64,000 nucleotides of DNA, taken from an uncultured candidate division Zixibacteria bacterium (GTDB lineage Bacteria > Zixibacteria > MSB-5A5 > UBA10806 > 4484-95). Below the pieces are notes generated by a model. The model was given only the letters and a program-made list of their open reading frames with translations, was not told the DNA's origin and did no database searches. Below are positions 29,734 through 38,329 of this stretch, piece by piece. Within the stretch, counting starts at the first letter, position 1; every line of letters starts with the position of its first letter. The translations under genes and the position numbers were made by a program. The stretch lies in contig CAXXKA010000006.1 of NCBI GenBank assembly GCA_963668625.2, positions 544,001-608,000 on the forward strand, in the 5' to 3' direction.

Positions 29734-29880
29734 GAGATTGTTGAAAAAATCATTTACACATGTCACTGGGAATCCTTTCCCGGCGGCATTCCGCATGATA
29801 TCAGGTGCCAGGAAAGGATGAACAAAGGGTTCTGTCCACCTGATATCTATCTGTTCAATAAGGGCTTTTTCAACGATCCC
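29734..29880 (+). mobile_element. MITE A copy 2 (147 bp)
   Basis: TIRs GAGATTGTTGAAAAA / TTTTTCAACGATCCC; internal CCTTTCCCGGCG..CGCATGA.ATCAGGTG.CAGGAA shared with other copies. Confidence 0.75.
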
Positions 29881-29975
29881 TAATAAGGAGGGAACCTAAA
29901 GATACTTAATATTGTATTCATTATTTCAGTAAACTGTCGATTTTAAATAGAAGAATAATTGTTCAAGGAGGAAAG

Positions 29976-30578
29976 ATGAAAAAGTTGTTAATGTTGAGTT
30001 TGGCCGCTATACTCGTGGCCTCGTTTGCCTCGGTTAGTTCCGCCCAGGTCGGTCCTATCGGTATCAAAGCAGGAATGAATATGGCTGATATAACCGGTGA
30101 TGCCGAGAACACGGACATGAAAGCAGGGCTTGTCGTGGGAGCTTTCGCCGAGTTAAATCTGGGCATGGTTAATATTCAACCCGAGCTGCTATACTCCATG
30201 AAAGGGGCTAAAAGTGATGATATCAGCAATGAATATAATTACTTCGAGATCCCTGTTCTGGTAAAGTATAAATTGCCGCTGCCGGGGAAATTAACTCCCA
30301 GTGTTTACGCCGGTCCCGTGTTTTCGCTTCTGTTGAGCGCTGAATCTGACGGAAATGATATCAAAGATCAGTTAAAAAATAATGATATTGGTATCATTAT
30401 CGGTGCCGGAATCAACATGGATATGAGTTCGTATGTGCTTACTTTCGATGCCCGCTACAATATGGGATTATCCGATATCAACAATTTGGATGATGCCTTG
30501 CCAGGCAGCGAAGATGAGTTTAAAAACTCTACGATCATGTTAATGGCCGGTATCGGATTTAACCTTCCCGGTAAGTAG
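29976..30578 (+). CDS. PorT-like outer-membrane beta-barrel protein
   Basis: Signal peptide; GIKAGMN, IQPELLYSMKG, YFEIPVL, RYNMGLSDI motifs. Confidence 0.8.
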   Translation: MKKLLMLSLAAILVASFASVSSAQVGPIGIKAGMNMADITGDAENTDMKAGLVVGAFAELNLGMVNIQPELLYSMKGAKSDDISNEYNYFEIPVLVKYKLPLPGKLTPSVYAGPVFSLLLSAESDGNDIKDQLKNNDIGIIIGAGINMDMSSYVLTFDARYNMGLSDINNLDDALPGSEDEFKNSTIMLMAGIGFNLPGK

Positions 30579-30600
30579 AATTCTATATCTTGAATTTATT

Positions 30601-30628
30601 AAAGCCCGGTTGATTCCGGGCTTTTTTT
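30601..30628 (+). terminator. Rho-independent terminator
   Basis: AAAGCCCGG-TTGATT-CCGGGCTTT plus T tract. Confidence 0.75.
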
Positions 30629-30629
30629 A

Positions 30630-30885
30630 TTGATCCTTAAAACAACCGGTTTATCCCGTGTACGTTTGAGGCGAAGCTTTGATAATCTTTTCTTGTTTCC
30701 CATTTCCGATTTAGAACCGGATGTATTCGAGAGACTTAGTTTCGATTTTGATTTGACTATCGATAGAATGTCAAGTCAAAGTTGTTGGGATGCGTTTGAC
30801 TCCATAATCGGAGTTTTGGAGCCAGTGATAGACAACTCAAGTCGGCAAGATAAAAGCCACTGGCCCTGTGGTCGATGGTAGTTGA
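30630..30885 (-). mobile_element. Non-autonomous element B copy 2
   Basis: TTGATCCTTAAAACAACCGGTTTA..GTGTACGTTTGAGGCGAAGC and GGCAAGATAAAAGCCACTGGCCCTGTG..TGGTAGTT match the two ends of 2115-2461; interior differs. Confidence 0.55.
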
Positions 30886-30995
30886 TAGCAGGTTTTTGTA
30901 TTGCATGCTATCTCATCAAGAAACGCCGATCTTTATCGTCGAAACCGACAAATATGGGTTAATCCAACAACCTGTTATTTTATCACTTTAATCCC

Positions 30996-31024
30996 TTGAC
31001 ATATTTTCCCGCCTGTCATAGAAT
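30996..31024 (+). promoter_or_regulatory. Sigma70 promoter positioned to give a leaderless mRNA
   Basis: TTGACA-N17-TAGAAT-N6-ATG; no SD before ATG 31031. Confidence 0.6.
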
Positions 31025-31030
31025 TGGCGC

Positions 31031-32170
31031 ATGGTTAGGAGATTTGAAAGCGTTATCCTGTTTCTGGCATTAATGCTATTCGTTCCATCAATTGCCACAG
31101 CCGCTATAAATTTCGAGGTCAGGGACTATCCAAACGATAATGGTTTCGCTCTCGAGATCGAGTGGAATATTCCGAATCTGGCCGCCGGTGTCTCCGGTTT
31201 CAATTACCTCTATGTTATACAGAGATCGGCAAACAGCAATGAGGTATTCCAGGATGTCACCGAGATACTGGAGGACTCCGGAACTGTAATCGATGGCCAG
31301 TTAAGCGATGATATCGATTACTATTACAGGATAAAGATAGAAACCGAAACGGGCGAGACTTACTCGGATACCAAAGGGCCATATAGCCCCGAGAAAAACT
31401 ATTTCCATTACGGCCGGGTAAATGTTCTGATAGCAGTTTTGATTACAGGGATACTTGTCGGCATATTCATCATATACGGTAAGCGCGGCGGCAAGCTATA
31501 TATGCGACCCCTGTCCGGCCTTGAGGCTGTGGATGAGGCGATAGGCAGGGCAACCGAGATGGGCAAGCCTATCCTGTATTCCTCCGGACGCGGCAAGATG
31601 GAGCGTCCTGCTACGATAGCCAGTATGAACATACTGGGGTCGGTGGCCGAGAAAGTCGCCGAATACAACACACCGCTTATTTTCCCGAACAACGACCCGG
31701 TGACTATGGCGGTTGCCCAGGAGGTAACCTACGAGGGTTACACCCGGGCGGGGCATCCGGACAATTTCAATCCCGATAATATCTTTTTCGTTACAGATTC
31801 GCAGTTCGGATATGCGGCCGCCGTAGATGGTATAATCATGCGGCAGGAACCTGCCACCAACCTGTTTTTCGGCACGTTCGAGGCCGAATCGCTGATCCTT
31901 GCGGAAACCGGCAACACTATCGGCGCGATACAGATAGCCGGAACCGACTCTACAATTCAGATGTCGTTTTTCGTAGTTGCCTGCGATTACGTACTTTTGG
32001 GCGAGGAATTATTCGCCGCCTCGGGATATTTATCAAACGATCCACAGGTGTTGGGCAGTTTGAAAGGCTCGGATTACACGAAATTGATTATAGTTTTTGT
32101 GATGATAATAGGAGTTATCATGCTGCTTTTAGGCAATAGCAGTATGTTAGATTGGTTGAGTATAGCATAA
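31031..32170 (+). CDS. Membrane protein: exported FN3-like domain plus DUF6754-like domain
   Basis: Signal peptide, 'YYYRI' FN3-like strand, TM helix, GL.A.DEAIGRATEMG.P and DY.LLGEELFAA..YL motifs. Confidence 0.7.
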   Translation: MVRRFESVILFLALMLFVPSIATAAINFEVRDYPNDNGFALEIEWNIPNLAAGVSGFNYLYVIQRSANSNEVFQDVTEILEDSGTVIDGQLSDDIDYYYRIKIETETGETYSDTKGPYSPEKNYFHYGRVNVLIAVLITGILVGIFIIYGKRGGKLYMRPLSGLEAVDEAIGRATEMGKPILYSSGRGKMERPATIASMNILGSVAEKVAEYNTPLIFPNNDPVTMAVAQEVTYEGYTRAGHPDNFNPDNIFFVTDSQFGYAAAVDGIIMRQEPATNLFFGTFEAESLILAETGNTIGAIQIAGTDSTIQMSFFVVACDYVLLGEELFAASGYLSNDPQVLGSLKGSDYTKLIIVFVMIIGVIMLLLGNSSMLDWLSIA

Positions 32171-32171
32171 T

Positions 32172-32786
32172 ATGAGACGTCAAATACCAATAGCATTGGC
32201 ATTCGGGTTCGGCATGTTCATGCTGATCCAGTTTTTTATCCCGGCCTGGGCGAGAGCTTACGAGACCGTAGTCGACTGGGTACAGACTATTTTTATTTTC
32301 ACCCTGCTTGTCGGCGTGGTTGGTATGATCAAATACCATCTCGATAAAGTTGGCCGCAAGGAGAAAGATTATCCCTACAATATCGTAACCCTGGTGGGCG
32401 TAGCGGGTATGGCTATCAGCGGCCTGGCCTGGGGACGAGGAGAGGGAACGGCTTTCACCTGGATATTCGATTACCTTCAGGCGCCGATGCAGGCAACCGT
32501 GTTTTCGCTTCTGGCGTTTTTCGTAGCCAGCGCGGCTTATCGCGGATTCAAGATCAGAAATTTCGAGGCATCATTGCTGCTGTTTGCCGCCGTACTAGTG
32601 ATGATTGGCAGGGTACCGCTGGGCGATTACATCTCACCGTACTTTCCCAAACTGGCTAATTGGATTCTGAACGTACCATCCATGACAGCCCGTCGCGGCA
32701 TCTTTATAGGTATTGGCCTGGGAACCATAGCCACCTCGCTGAGGGTGATACTTGGCGTAGAACGAACATACCTGGGGCGCAGCTAA
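32172..32786 (+). CDS. Hypothetical integral membrane protein
   Basis: About 6 TM helices; FSLLAFFVASAAYR and LRVILGVER motifs; 1-nt gap from the previous gene. Confidence 0.75.
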   Translation: MRRQIPIALAFGFGMFMLIQFFIPAWARAYETVVDWVQTIFIFTLLVGVVGMIKYHLDKVGRKEKDYPYNIVTLVGVAGMAISGLAWGRGEGTAFTWIFDYLQAPMQATVFSLLAFFVASAAYRGFKIRNFEASLLLFAAVLVMIGRVPLGDYISPYFPKLANWILNVPSMTARRGIFIGIGLGTIATSLRVILGVERTYLGRS

Positions 32787-32787
32787 T

Positions 32788-33615
32788 ATGACTTTCTGGG
32801 AAAAAATAACGACTATCGACAGGCGAATCATTTTCGTGCTGATTTTCATCAGCGTGGCCCTGCCGCTATTATTTAATTTCACCATACCTAACAAAGTTAC
32901 CAAAGAGGTGAGGGATACTTACGAGTATATCGATGCCTTACCCGAGGGCTCGGTGCTGCTGTTCTCGTTCGATCATGAGGCGGCGACATTACCCGAGATG
33001 CAACCGATGGCAACCGCTATGCTGATCCATGCTTTCTCGAAAGGCTTCAAGGTTATTGGTATGGCGTTTCGGCCCGAGGGAGCGGCGATAGGCAATAAAG
33101 CGCTTCAGGAGAATGCCGCTGTATTCGACCTGGTTGAGGGCGAGGATTACGTGTTCCTCGGTTACCGTCCCGAGATAACCTCCGGGATTTTAGGTCTGGG
33201 TGAAAGTATCGCTCGGGTGTATCCCAAAGATTATCGCGGGATATCTGTCGAGGATATACCACTGATGCAGAATGTACACAACTATGATGATATCGCACTG
33301 GTGGTTGATGTCTCCGATGATGACACGCCCGTGTACTGGATAAACTACGCCAACGCCCGCTACCAACAGGAAATCGCGCCGGCAATAACCGCCGTTATGG
33401 CGACCACCTTCTATCCATTCCTGCAGGAGCGCCAGATAGTTGGAATGGTGCCGGGTTTGAAAGCGGCTGCCGAGTACGAACAGCTTATCGGTAAACTCGG
33501 AGATGCCTCGCTGGGAATGAGCGCCCAGAGCATCTCGCATTTCCTGATCGTGCTGTTCGTGATTATTGGCAATATCGGGTATTTCATGATGAAGAAGCAG
33601 AGAGGGAAATTCTGA
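32788..33615 (+). CDS. Hypothetical membrane-anchored protein
   Basis: N- and C-terminal TM helices around an alpha/beta domain; GLKAAAEYE motif. Confidence 0.75.
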   Translation: MTFWEKITTIDRRIIFVLIFISVALPLLFNFTIPNKVTKEVRDTYEYIDALPEGSVLLFSFDHEAATLPEMQPMATAMLIHAFSKGFKVIGMAFRPEGAAIGNKALQENAAVFDLVEGEDYVFLGYRPEITSGILGLGESIARVYPKDYRGISVEDIPLMQNVHNYDDIALVVDVSDDDTPVYWINYANARYQQEIAPAITAVMATTFYPFLQERQIVGMVPGLKAAAEYEQLIGKLGDASLGMSAQSISHFLIVLFVIIGNIGYFMMKKQRGKF

Positions 33616-34235
33616 TGGAGACGCTGGGAATCTGGCTGGCGGCGCTTCTGACGCTGGCGGTTTACTCGTTTTTATATAAAGATAACCCGTTTTACAAGTT
33701 CGCCGAGCATCTACTGGTGGGCATCTCTGTCGGTTTCCTGATCGTAATTGCCTACATGGATACGGTCGTGCCCAAGGTGCTCGATCCGTTGTTTGTCAGG
33801 GGAGAGATGCTGGTTATAATACCGGTACTGCTGGGTATGCTGATGTTCACTCGTTTCTGGAAACAGTACGCCTGGTTATCCCGTCCCGCCCTGGCGTTGT
33901 ATCTGGGATTTGGCGCAGGCGCCTCGATACCGGCATTCATGCAATCGTATATCATCACCCAGATGAAAGCCACTATCTCGCCGTTCGCGCAAATCGATGG
34001 TTTCTGGAGCGCGGTTAACGCTGTGATCGTTTTGATTGGGCTTTGCACTACGTTATTTTATTTCTATTTCTCGAAAAAGCACGAGGGCGGATTCGGTGTG
34101 CTGGCCAAGACCGGCATATATTTCCTGATGGTGTTTTTCGGCGCTACGTTCGGTTTCACGGTAATGGCCCGTGTGTCGTTACTGATAGGCCGCGTGACGT
34201 TTTTGCTGCGTGACTGGCTTCATTTGATGAGTTGA
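33615..34235 (+). CDS. Hypothetical integral membrane protein
   Basis: About 6 TM helices; SFLYKDNPFYKFAEH and FGATFG.TVMAR motifs; TGATG coupling with the previous gene. Confidence 0.75.
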   Translation: METLGIWLAALLTLAVYSFLYKDNPFYKFAEHLLVGISVGFLIVIAYMDTVVPKVLDPLFVRGEMLVIIPVLLGMLMFTRFWKQYAWLSRPALALYLGFGAGASIPAFMQSYIITQMKATISPFAQIDGFWSAVNAVIVLIGLCTTLFYFYFSKKHEGGFGVLAKTGIYFLMVFFGATFGFTVMARVSLLIGRVTFLLRDWLHLMS

Positions 34236-34274
34236 GAAAATCAAATTTAAATGTTTATATTTTTTAGATGAAGA

Positions 34275-34301
34275 GTAGGTCAAAACCCCTGCGGTTTTGA
34301 C
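34275..34301 (+). repeat. GTAG-type REP hairpin
   Basis: GTAG followed by GTCAAAACC-CCTGC-GGTTTTGAC perfect stem. Confidence 0.55.
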
Positions 34302-34477
34302 GCGTGATTGTTTTCTGATACTACTGTCAAACATTCTCACCCTCACTAGGCAAGGGAGGTGGCACCGGAGAGGTAAAAATATTACCCTGTGGTTGGAGTA
34401 CGTCCTCGTGCCCCAACTGGCATTTTAGCGGATGGAAGCTGGCAGACACGGATGTCAGCCAGTCACGGGAAGTTTTT

Positions 34478-34891
34478 TTCTGCATTTATTGTTCTGCCTT
34501 CTTTGAAACTTATTATATGATTTTACATAGAGGTTATTAGTGTGCCTTAAATAAGGAGTTGTGGCTTTAATAGAAAGAAGCCGTCGGGAAAGGATTCCCA
34601 ACGGCTCATCGAAAAGGAGAAATCGATATAACAATACCAACCGAACAATATCACTTGACATGATACATAGCAGGATTCCCACCACCTCAAGTAAAAACGT
34701 TGGCATATTTCATTTTTCCGTGTTGTCAGGAATCCTTTCCTGACAAAATACTGCATCAATACAGATAGCGGGAAAGGATTCCCACCACCTCAAGTAAAAA
34801 TGTTGGCATATTTCATTTTTCTGCAATTTTTATTTTACCTTCTTTGAAACTTATTATATGATTTTACATAGAGTTTATTAGTGTGTCTTAA
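34478..34891. repeat. Compound intergenic repeat region: two direct-repeat pairs and three GGAA-AGGA-TTCC hairpins
   Basis: About 34497-34550 repeats at 34838-34891; 34672-34718 repeats at 34775-34821; hairpins at 34579-34606, 34723-34746, 34768-34785. Confidence 0.75.
34611..34673 (+). mobile_element. Isolated right end of the IS110/IS1111 element
   Basis: 62 of 63 nt identical to 38120-38182 and followed by target half-site GATTCCC. Confidence 0.85.
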
Positions 34892-34905
34892 TTGATAGGA
34901 ATACT

Positions 34906-35694
34906 ATGCCGGAAGCTAAAATACTGATAGGAACATCAGGCTACTCTTTCAAAGACTGGGTGGGGCCGTTCTATCCCGAGAAGATCGAGAAGGGGAAGAT
35001 GCTCGACTATTACAAGGATCATTTTAAGACAGTCGAGATAAACTCAACTTACTACCGCATTCCTCACGCGGCCGTGTTTTATCATATGGTCAATAAAGTG
35101 CAGGAGGGATTCGAGTTCATCGTGAAGACGCATCGCTCGTTTACCCACGATCGTAAAGACCTCGAAAAGCCCACCGCCGAGTTTCTCGAGTCTATCAAAC
35201 CGATGGCCGAGAGTGGGATGCTTAAAGGATTGCTGGCTCAATTCCCGTGGTCATTCAAGTTTTCTCCAATTAATTTGCAATATCTTCTTGACGGAAAGGA
35301 CTATTTTGGCGATACTCCGCTTTTCGTGGAATTCCGTCACGATAGCTGGGATAAGCCGGAGGTGTATGCCTCGCTTAAGGATAACGGTCTCGGATTTTGC
35401 AGCGTGGATGAGCCCCAGTTAAAGCAGATGTTCCCGCCGGTTGCGCTGGCGACCTCGGATACGGCGTATATCAGGTTCCATGGACGAAATGAACTTGATT
35501 GGTGGAAACCTCGGCCGGGCTCCGACCGTTACAATTACGCTTATAAAAAGGAAGAATTATCCGATTGGATTAAAAGAATAGAGAAATTACGCCGAGAGAC
35601 AAATAAGATTTACCTGTTTTTCAACAACTGCCATCACGGGCAGGCGGTGAAAAGCGCAAAACTGATGCAGGAGATGTTGCAACTGGAGTTATGA
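34906..35694 (+). CDS. DUF72 (YecE-like) TIM-barrel protein
   Basis: IGTSGYSF.DW...FYP, VEINSTYY, VEFRH.SW, YIRFHGRN, FFNN motifs. Confidence 0.9.
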   Translation: MPEAKILIGTSGYSFKDWVGPFYPEKIEKGKMLDYYKDHFKTVEINSTYYRIPHAAVFYHMVNKVQEGFEFIVKTHRSFTHDRKDLEKPTAEFLESIKPMAESGMLKGLLAQFPWSFKFSPINLQYLLDGKDYFGDTPLFVEFRHDSWDKPEVYASLKDNGLGFCSVDEPQLKQMFPPVALATSDTAYIRFHGRNELDWWKPRPGSDRYNYAYKKEELSDWIKRIEKLRRETNKIYLFFNNCHHGQAVKSAKLMQEMLQLEL

Positions 35695-36587
35695 GAAGAA
35701 GCTTGATAAAGACAATGGTAGTAGGAATCATCATCTGGGTGGTTTCCGCCTCGTACGGGCATTATGTCACTAAAGCCTCTGTTGGCGTCGATATATTCAA
35801 CGATTTTCAAACCGGTACGTTCGGTTCTATCATAGAGAAACTTTTTCCGGGCAGCCTTGGTATTAAAGCCAAAGCCGTGCTTGTCGTGGATGCCGAGACA
35901 GGGGAGGAGATATATTCGAAAAACGAGGATTACCAGATGCCAATCGCCAGCCTGACCAAGCTTGCCACTGCATTAGTGTTCATGGAATCGGGTACGCCGC
36001 TAACCAACACGATCACGATGAGTGAAGAGGATTTCCCGTCAGTGGGCGGCTCCAAGCTTTACGAGGGGGAACGGATCACGGTTGGCCAATGCCTTCATCT
36101 ATGCCTTATCTGTTCCGATAACGCCGCCGCTAACGCGCTATCTCGATCCGCCGGTATAGAAAAAGGCGAATTCGTGGGCAGGATGAATCAACTGGCAATT
36201 AGGTTGGAGCTATCCAATACCCGCTTTACCGAGCCGACCGGTTTGGATTCGCATAATATGTCAACGCCGGAGGACTATATCAAGCTCATGCAAACCGCTT
36301 TCGCCGAGCCGACAATTCAGAAGATATCCTCGAAGAAGACTTACCAGTTCAGCTCGTTAAACCGTGGGATTCGTCACTCGTTATATAATACCAATCGCTT
36401 GCTTTACACTAAATGGAATGTGATCGGCGGGAAGACAGGGTATATCAGCAAGTCCGGCTACTGCCTGGCCCTGGATGCTTACGATCAAACCGGCAGGCGG
36501 ATTAACGCGGTGATACTCGGCGCGCCTTCGAATCAGTACCGCTACCGGGATGCCAATCGGTTGCTGGCCTATTCCGGGCGGAATTAA
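35691..36587 (+). CDS. Peptidase S11 D-Ala-D-Ala carboxy/endopeptidase (PBP7-like)
   Basis: SLTK (SxxK), SDN (SxN) and KTG motifs; N-terminal hydrophobic segment. Confidence 0.88.
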   Translation: MRRSLIKTMVVGIIIWVVSASYGHYVTKASVGVDIFNDFQTGTFGSIIEKLFPGSLGIKAKAVLVVDAETGEEIYSKNEDYQMPIASLTKLATALVFMESGTPLTNTITMSEEDFPSVGGSKLYEGERITVGQCLHLCLICSDNAAANALSRSAGIEKGEFVGRMNQLAIRLELSNTRFTEPTGLDSHNMSTPEDYIKLMQTAFAEPTIQKISSKKTYQFSSLNRGIRHSLYNTNRLLYTKWNVIGGKTGYISKSGYCLALDAYDQTGRRINAVILGAPSNQYRYRDANRLLAYSGRN

Positions 36588-36827
36588 TAACTTCATAAAA
36601 CAATATCATATTATCTTTCCCCACGCCAGAGGGGTTGTTGAAAAAGCCGTTTGCATGGGTCGCTGGGCGGACGAAGTCCTTTGTTCATTCTTTCCCGGCG
36701 ACATGCCGCATGAAATCAGGTGTCAGGAAAGTAACTATGTTATCAAAAGCTTGAGCCTCAGTCATTCGGATTGTATTGTTATTTTGACAAACATTCAACA
36801 ATCAACACGAACAAACAGGAGGCTCAA

Positions 36828-37886
36828 ATGCCATGTTACAACAAAATCGAGCGTGAAGCCAACACTATTTACGTTGGTATTGACGTTCATAAGCGGAGTT
36901 GGCATGTAACAATGCGAACAACTGAGCAAGAGTTATGGAAAGGCAGTATTGCAGCTGATTGGGAAGTATTGAAAAAAGTATTGGGGCGTTATTCCGATTG
37001 TGACATTTCGGTAGTTTACGAAGCCGGTTTTAGTGGTTTCTGGTTATATGACAAACTGGTAGCCTGGGGAGCGTCATGTATAGTGACTCCGCCGAGTTTG
37101 ATTCCTTCTGAATACGGCAATCGGGTCAAAACTGATCGCCTCGACAGTGCCAAGCTTGCTTTACTACTTTCCCGTAGTATGCTCAAGGCAGTATGGGTAC
37201 CTGATGTCGAAGCGCGTGGTCATCGCCAGGTATTGCGTCGCCGTCGCCAGTTGGTCAGCGACCGGGTCCGTATTCAATGCCGTATCAAGAGTGAGTTAGC
37301 CTGTTTCGGTCTATCTCTGCCGACAATTAGCGGCAAGTGGACGGAGACATTCGAACAGCATTTATGGCAGTTGCGTTTTAGTGATCGCTGGCAGACAGAG
37401 AGTTTTCAGAGGTTACTGACACAGTATCGGCTGGTGAGTGAATTGATTACTCAACAGACACGGTTATTGAAAGAATTGTCAAAACTGGATCGTTATCGGG
37501 AAGCGGTTGAGCGTCTACGTAGTGTTCCGGGCATCGGCTTGTTAACGGCGATGGAACTATTATTGGAGTTAGGGGACTTCAGCCGATTTAGTCGAGGAAG
37601 CCAATTGGCCGCCTACGTGGGCTTGACTCCAAGCCAATATTCCTCCGGTGACAAGGTTCGACTAGGACGAATCACCAGGATCGGCAAACCGCAGTTACGG
37701 TCGAATCTGATCGAAGCCTCCTGGATTTTGATCAGGAAGGATCCGGCCCAGGCTCAGCGTTATCAACAGCTCAAGTGGCGGTGTGGTTCCAAACGAGCCA
37801 TTGTGGCCAGTGCCCGCCGTCTACTGTTAATCGTACGGCGTCTGATGCTTGACCATCAGAGCTATCGAATCCAAACCGCAGCATAA
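36828..37886 (+). CDS. IS110-family DEDD recombinase/transposase
   Basis: YVGIDVHK, YEAG, KTDRLDS (DEDD), SVPGIG, YVGLTP..YSSG catalytic Ser; GGAGG SD before ATG 36828. Confidence 0.95.
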   Translation: MPCYNKIEREANTIYVGIDVHKRSWHVTMRTTEQELWKGSIAADWEVLKKVLGRYSDCDISVVYEAGFSGFWLYDKLVAWGASCIVTPPSLIPSEYGNRVKTDRLDSAKLALLLSRSMLKAVWVPDVEARGHRQVLRRRRQLVSDRVRIQCRIKSELACFGLSLPTISGKWTETFEQHLWQLRFSDRWQTESFQRLLTQYRLVSELITQQTRLLKELSKLDRYREAVERLRSVPGIGLLTAMELLLELGDFSRFSRGSQLAAYVGLTPSQYSSGDKVRLGRITRIGKPQLRSNLIEASWILIRKDPAQAQRYQQLKWRCGSKRAIVASARRLLLIVRRLMLDHQSYRIQTAA

Positions 37887-37919
37887 AAAAGAGATAATTA
37901 GTTTACAATATCTGAGTTT

Positions 37920-38060
37920 GGAGAATGGCGAAGGAATCCTTGTGGCTTAACAACAGACCGCGCAGGAAAGGGTGTCATCTCCCCTGGTAATAATCTCGGA
38001 TTGATTAATTGTGGCTGTGTTTGAGGGCCAGACCACGAATAGCAGGGTGACTATTATCGG
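37920..38060 (+). ncRNA. Predicted bridge/seek RNA (target-binding and donor-binding loops); transcript ends unknown
   Basis: Two similar internal-loop modules; guides AGGAATCCT and CAGGAAAG match the target, ATAGCAG matches the circle junction. Confidence 0.8.
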
Positions 38061-38286
38061 CAATGTCTAACAGTGGCAGCATGTTGTAGTTTAAACATGG
38101 GTATTCTGCGTTTTATTAAGAAAAGGAGAAATCGATATAACAATACTAACCGAACAATATCACTTGACATGATACATAGCAGGATTCCTGACACCGCGAC
38201 TACCTAATCAGGGCTTTTTCAACAAGCCCCAGAGTTCAGGTTTTTAACCCCTGCTCAAATTAAATAATAACAAAAATAGTAGATAA

Positions 38287-38310
38287 AAAAACGGGCGCTA
38301 AGCCCGTTTT
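38287..38310. terminator. Bidirectional terminator
   Basis: AAAACGGGC-GCTAA-GCCCGTTTT. Confidence 0.7.
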
Positions 38311-38329
38311 AGTTCAAAGATTTTAGCGA

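Larger units (their letters stand above)
36730..38182 (+). mobile_element. IS110-family (IS1111-type) insertion sequence, complete
   Basis: AG core at both ends (36730-31, 38181-82); subterminal IRs CTATGTTATCA / TGATACATAG; short left and long right non-coding ends; empty-site equivalent at 34723-34746. Confidence 0.88.
36631..38230 (+). mobile_element. MITE A copy 3 (149 bp when empty), interrupted by the IS110-family element
   Basis: TIRs GGGGTTGTTGAAAAAGCC / GGCTTTTTCAACAAGCCCC; removing the IS restores GGTGTCAGGAA-AGGA-TTCCTGACACC. Confidence 0.82.

Noticed and set aside
30630-30881. 83-aa ORF as a TnpA remnant
   Set aside because: No HUH or catalytic Tyr motif seen; it coincides with non-coding element B
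34478-34891. CRISPR array
   Set aside because: Only two-copy repeats with irregular spacing and no cas genes; explained by the IS scar and local duplication
36550-36909. 119-aa ORF, and the TTG start at 36771 for the transposase
   Set aside because: The ORF crosses the MITE/IS junction; the transposase has an SD-led ATG at 36828
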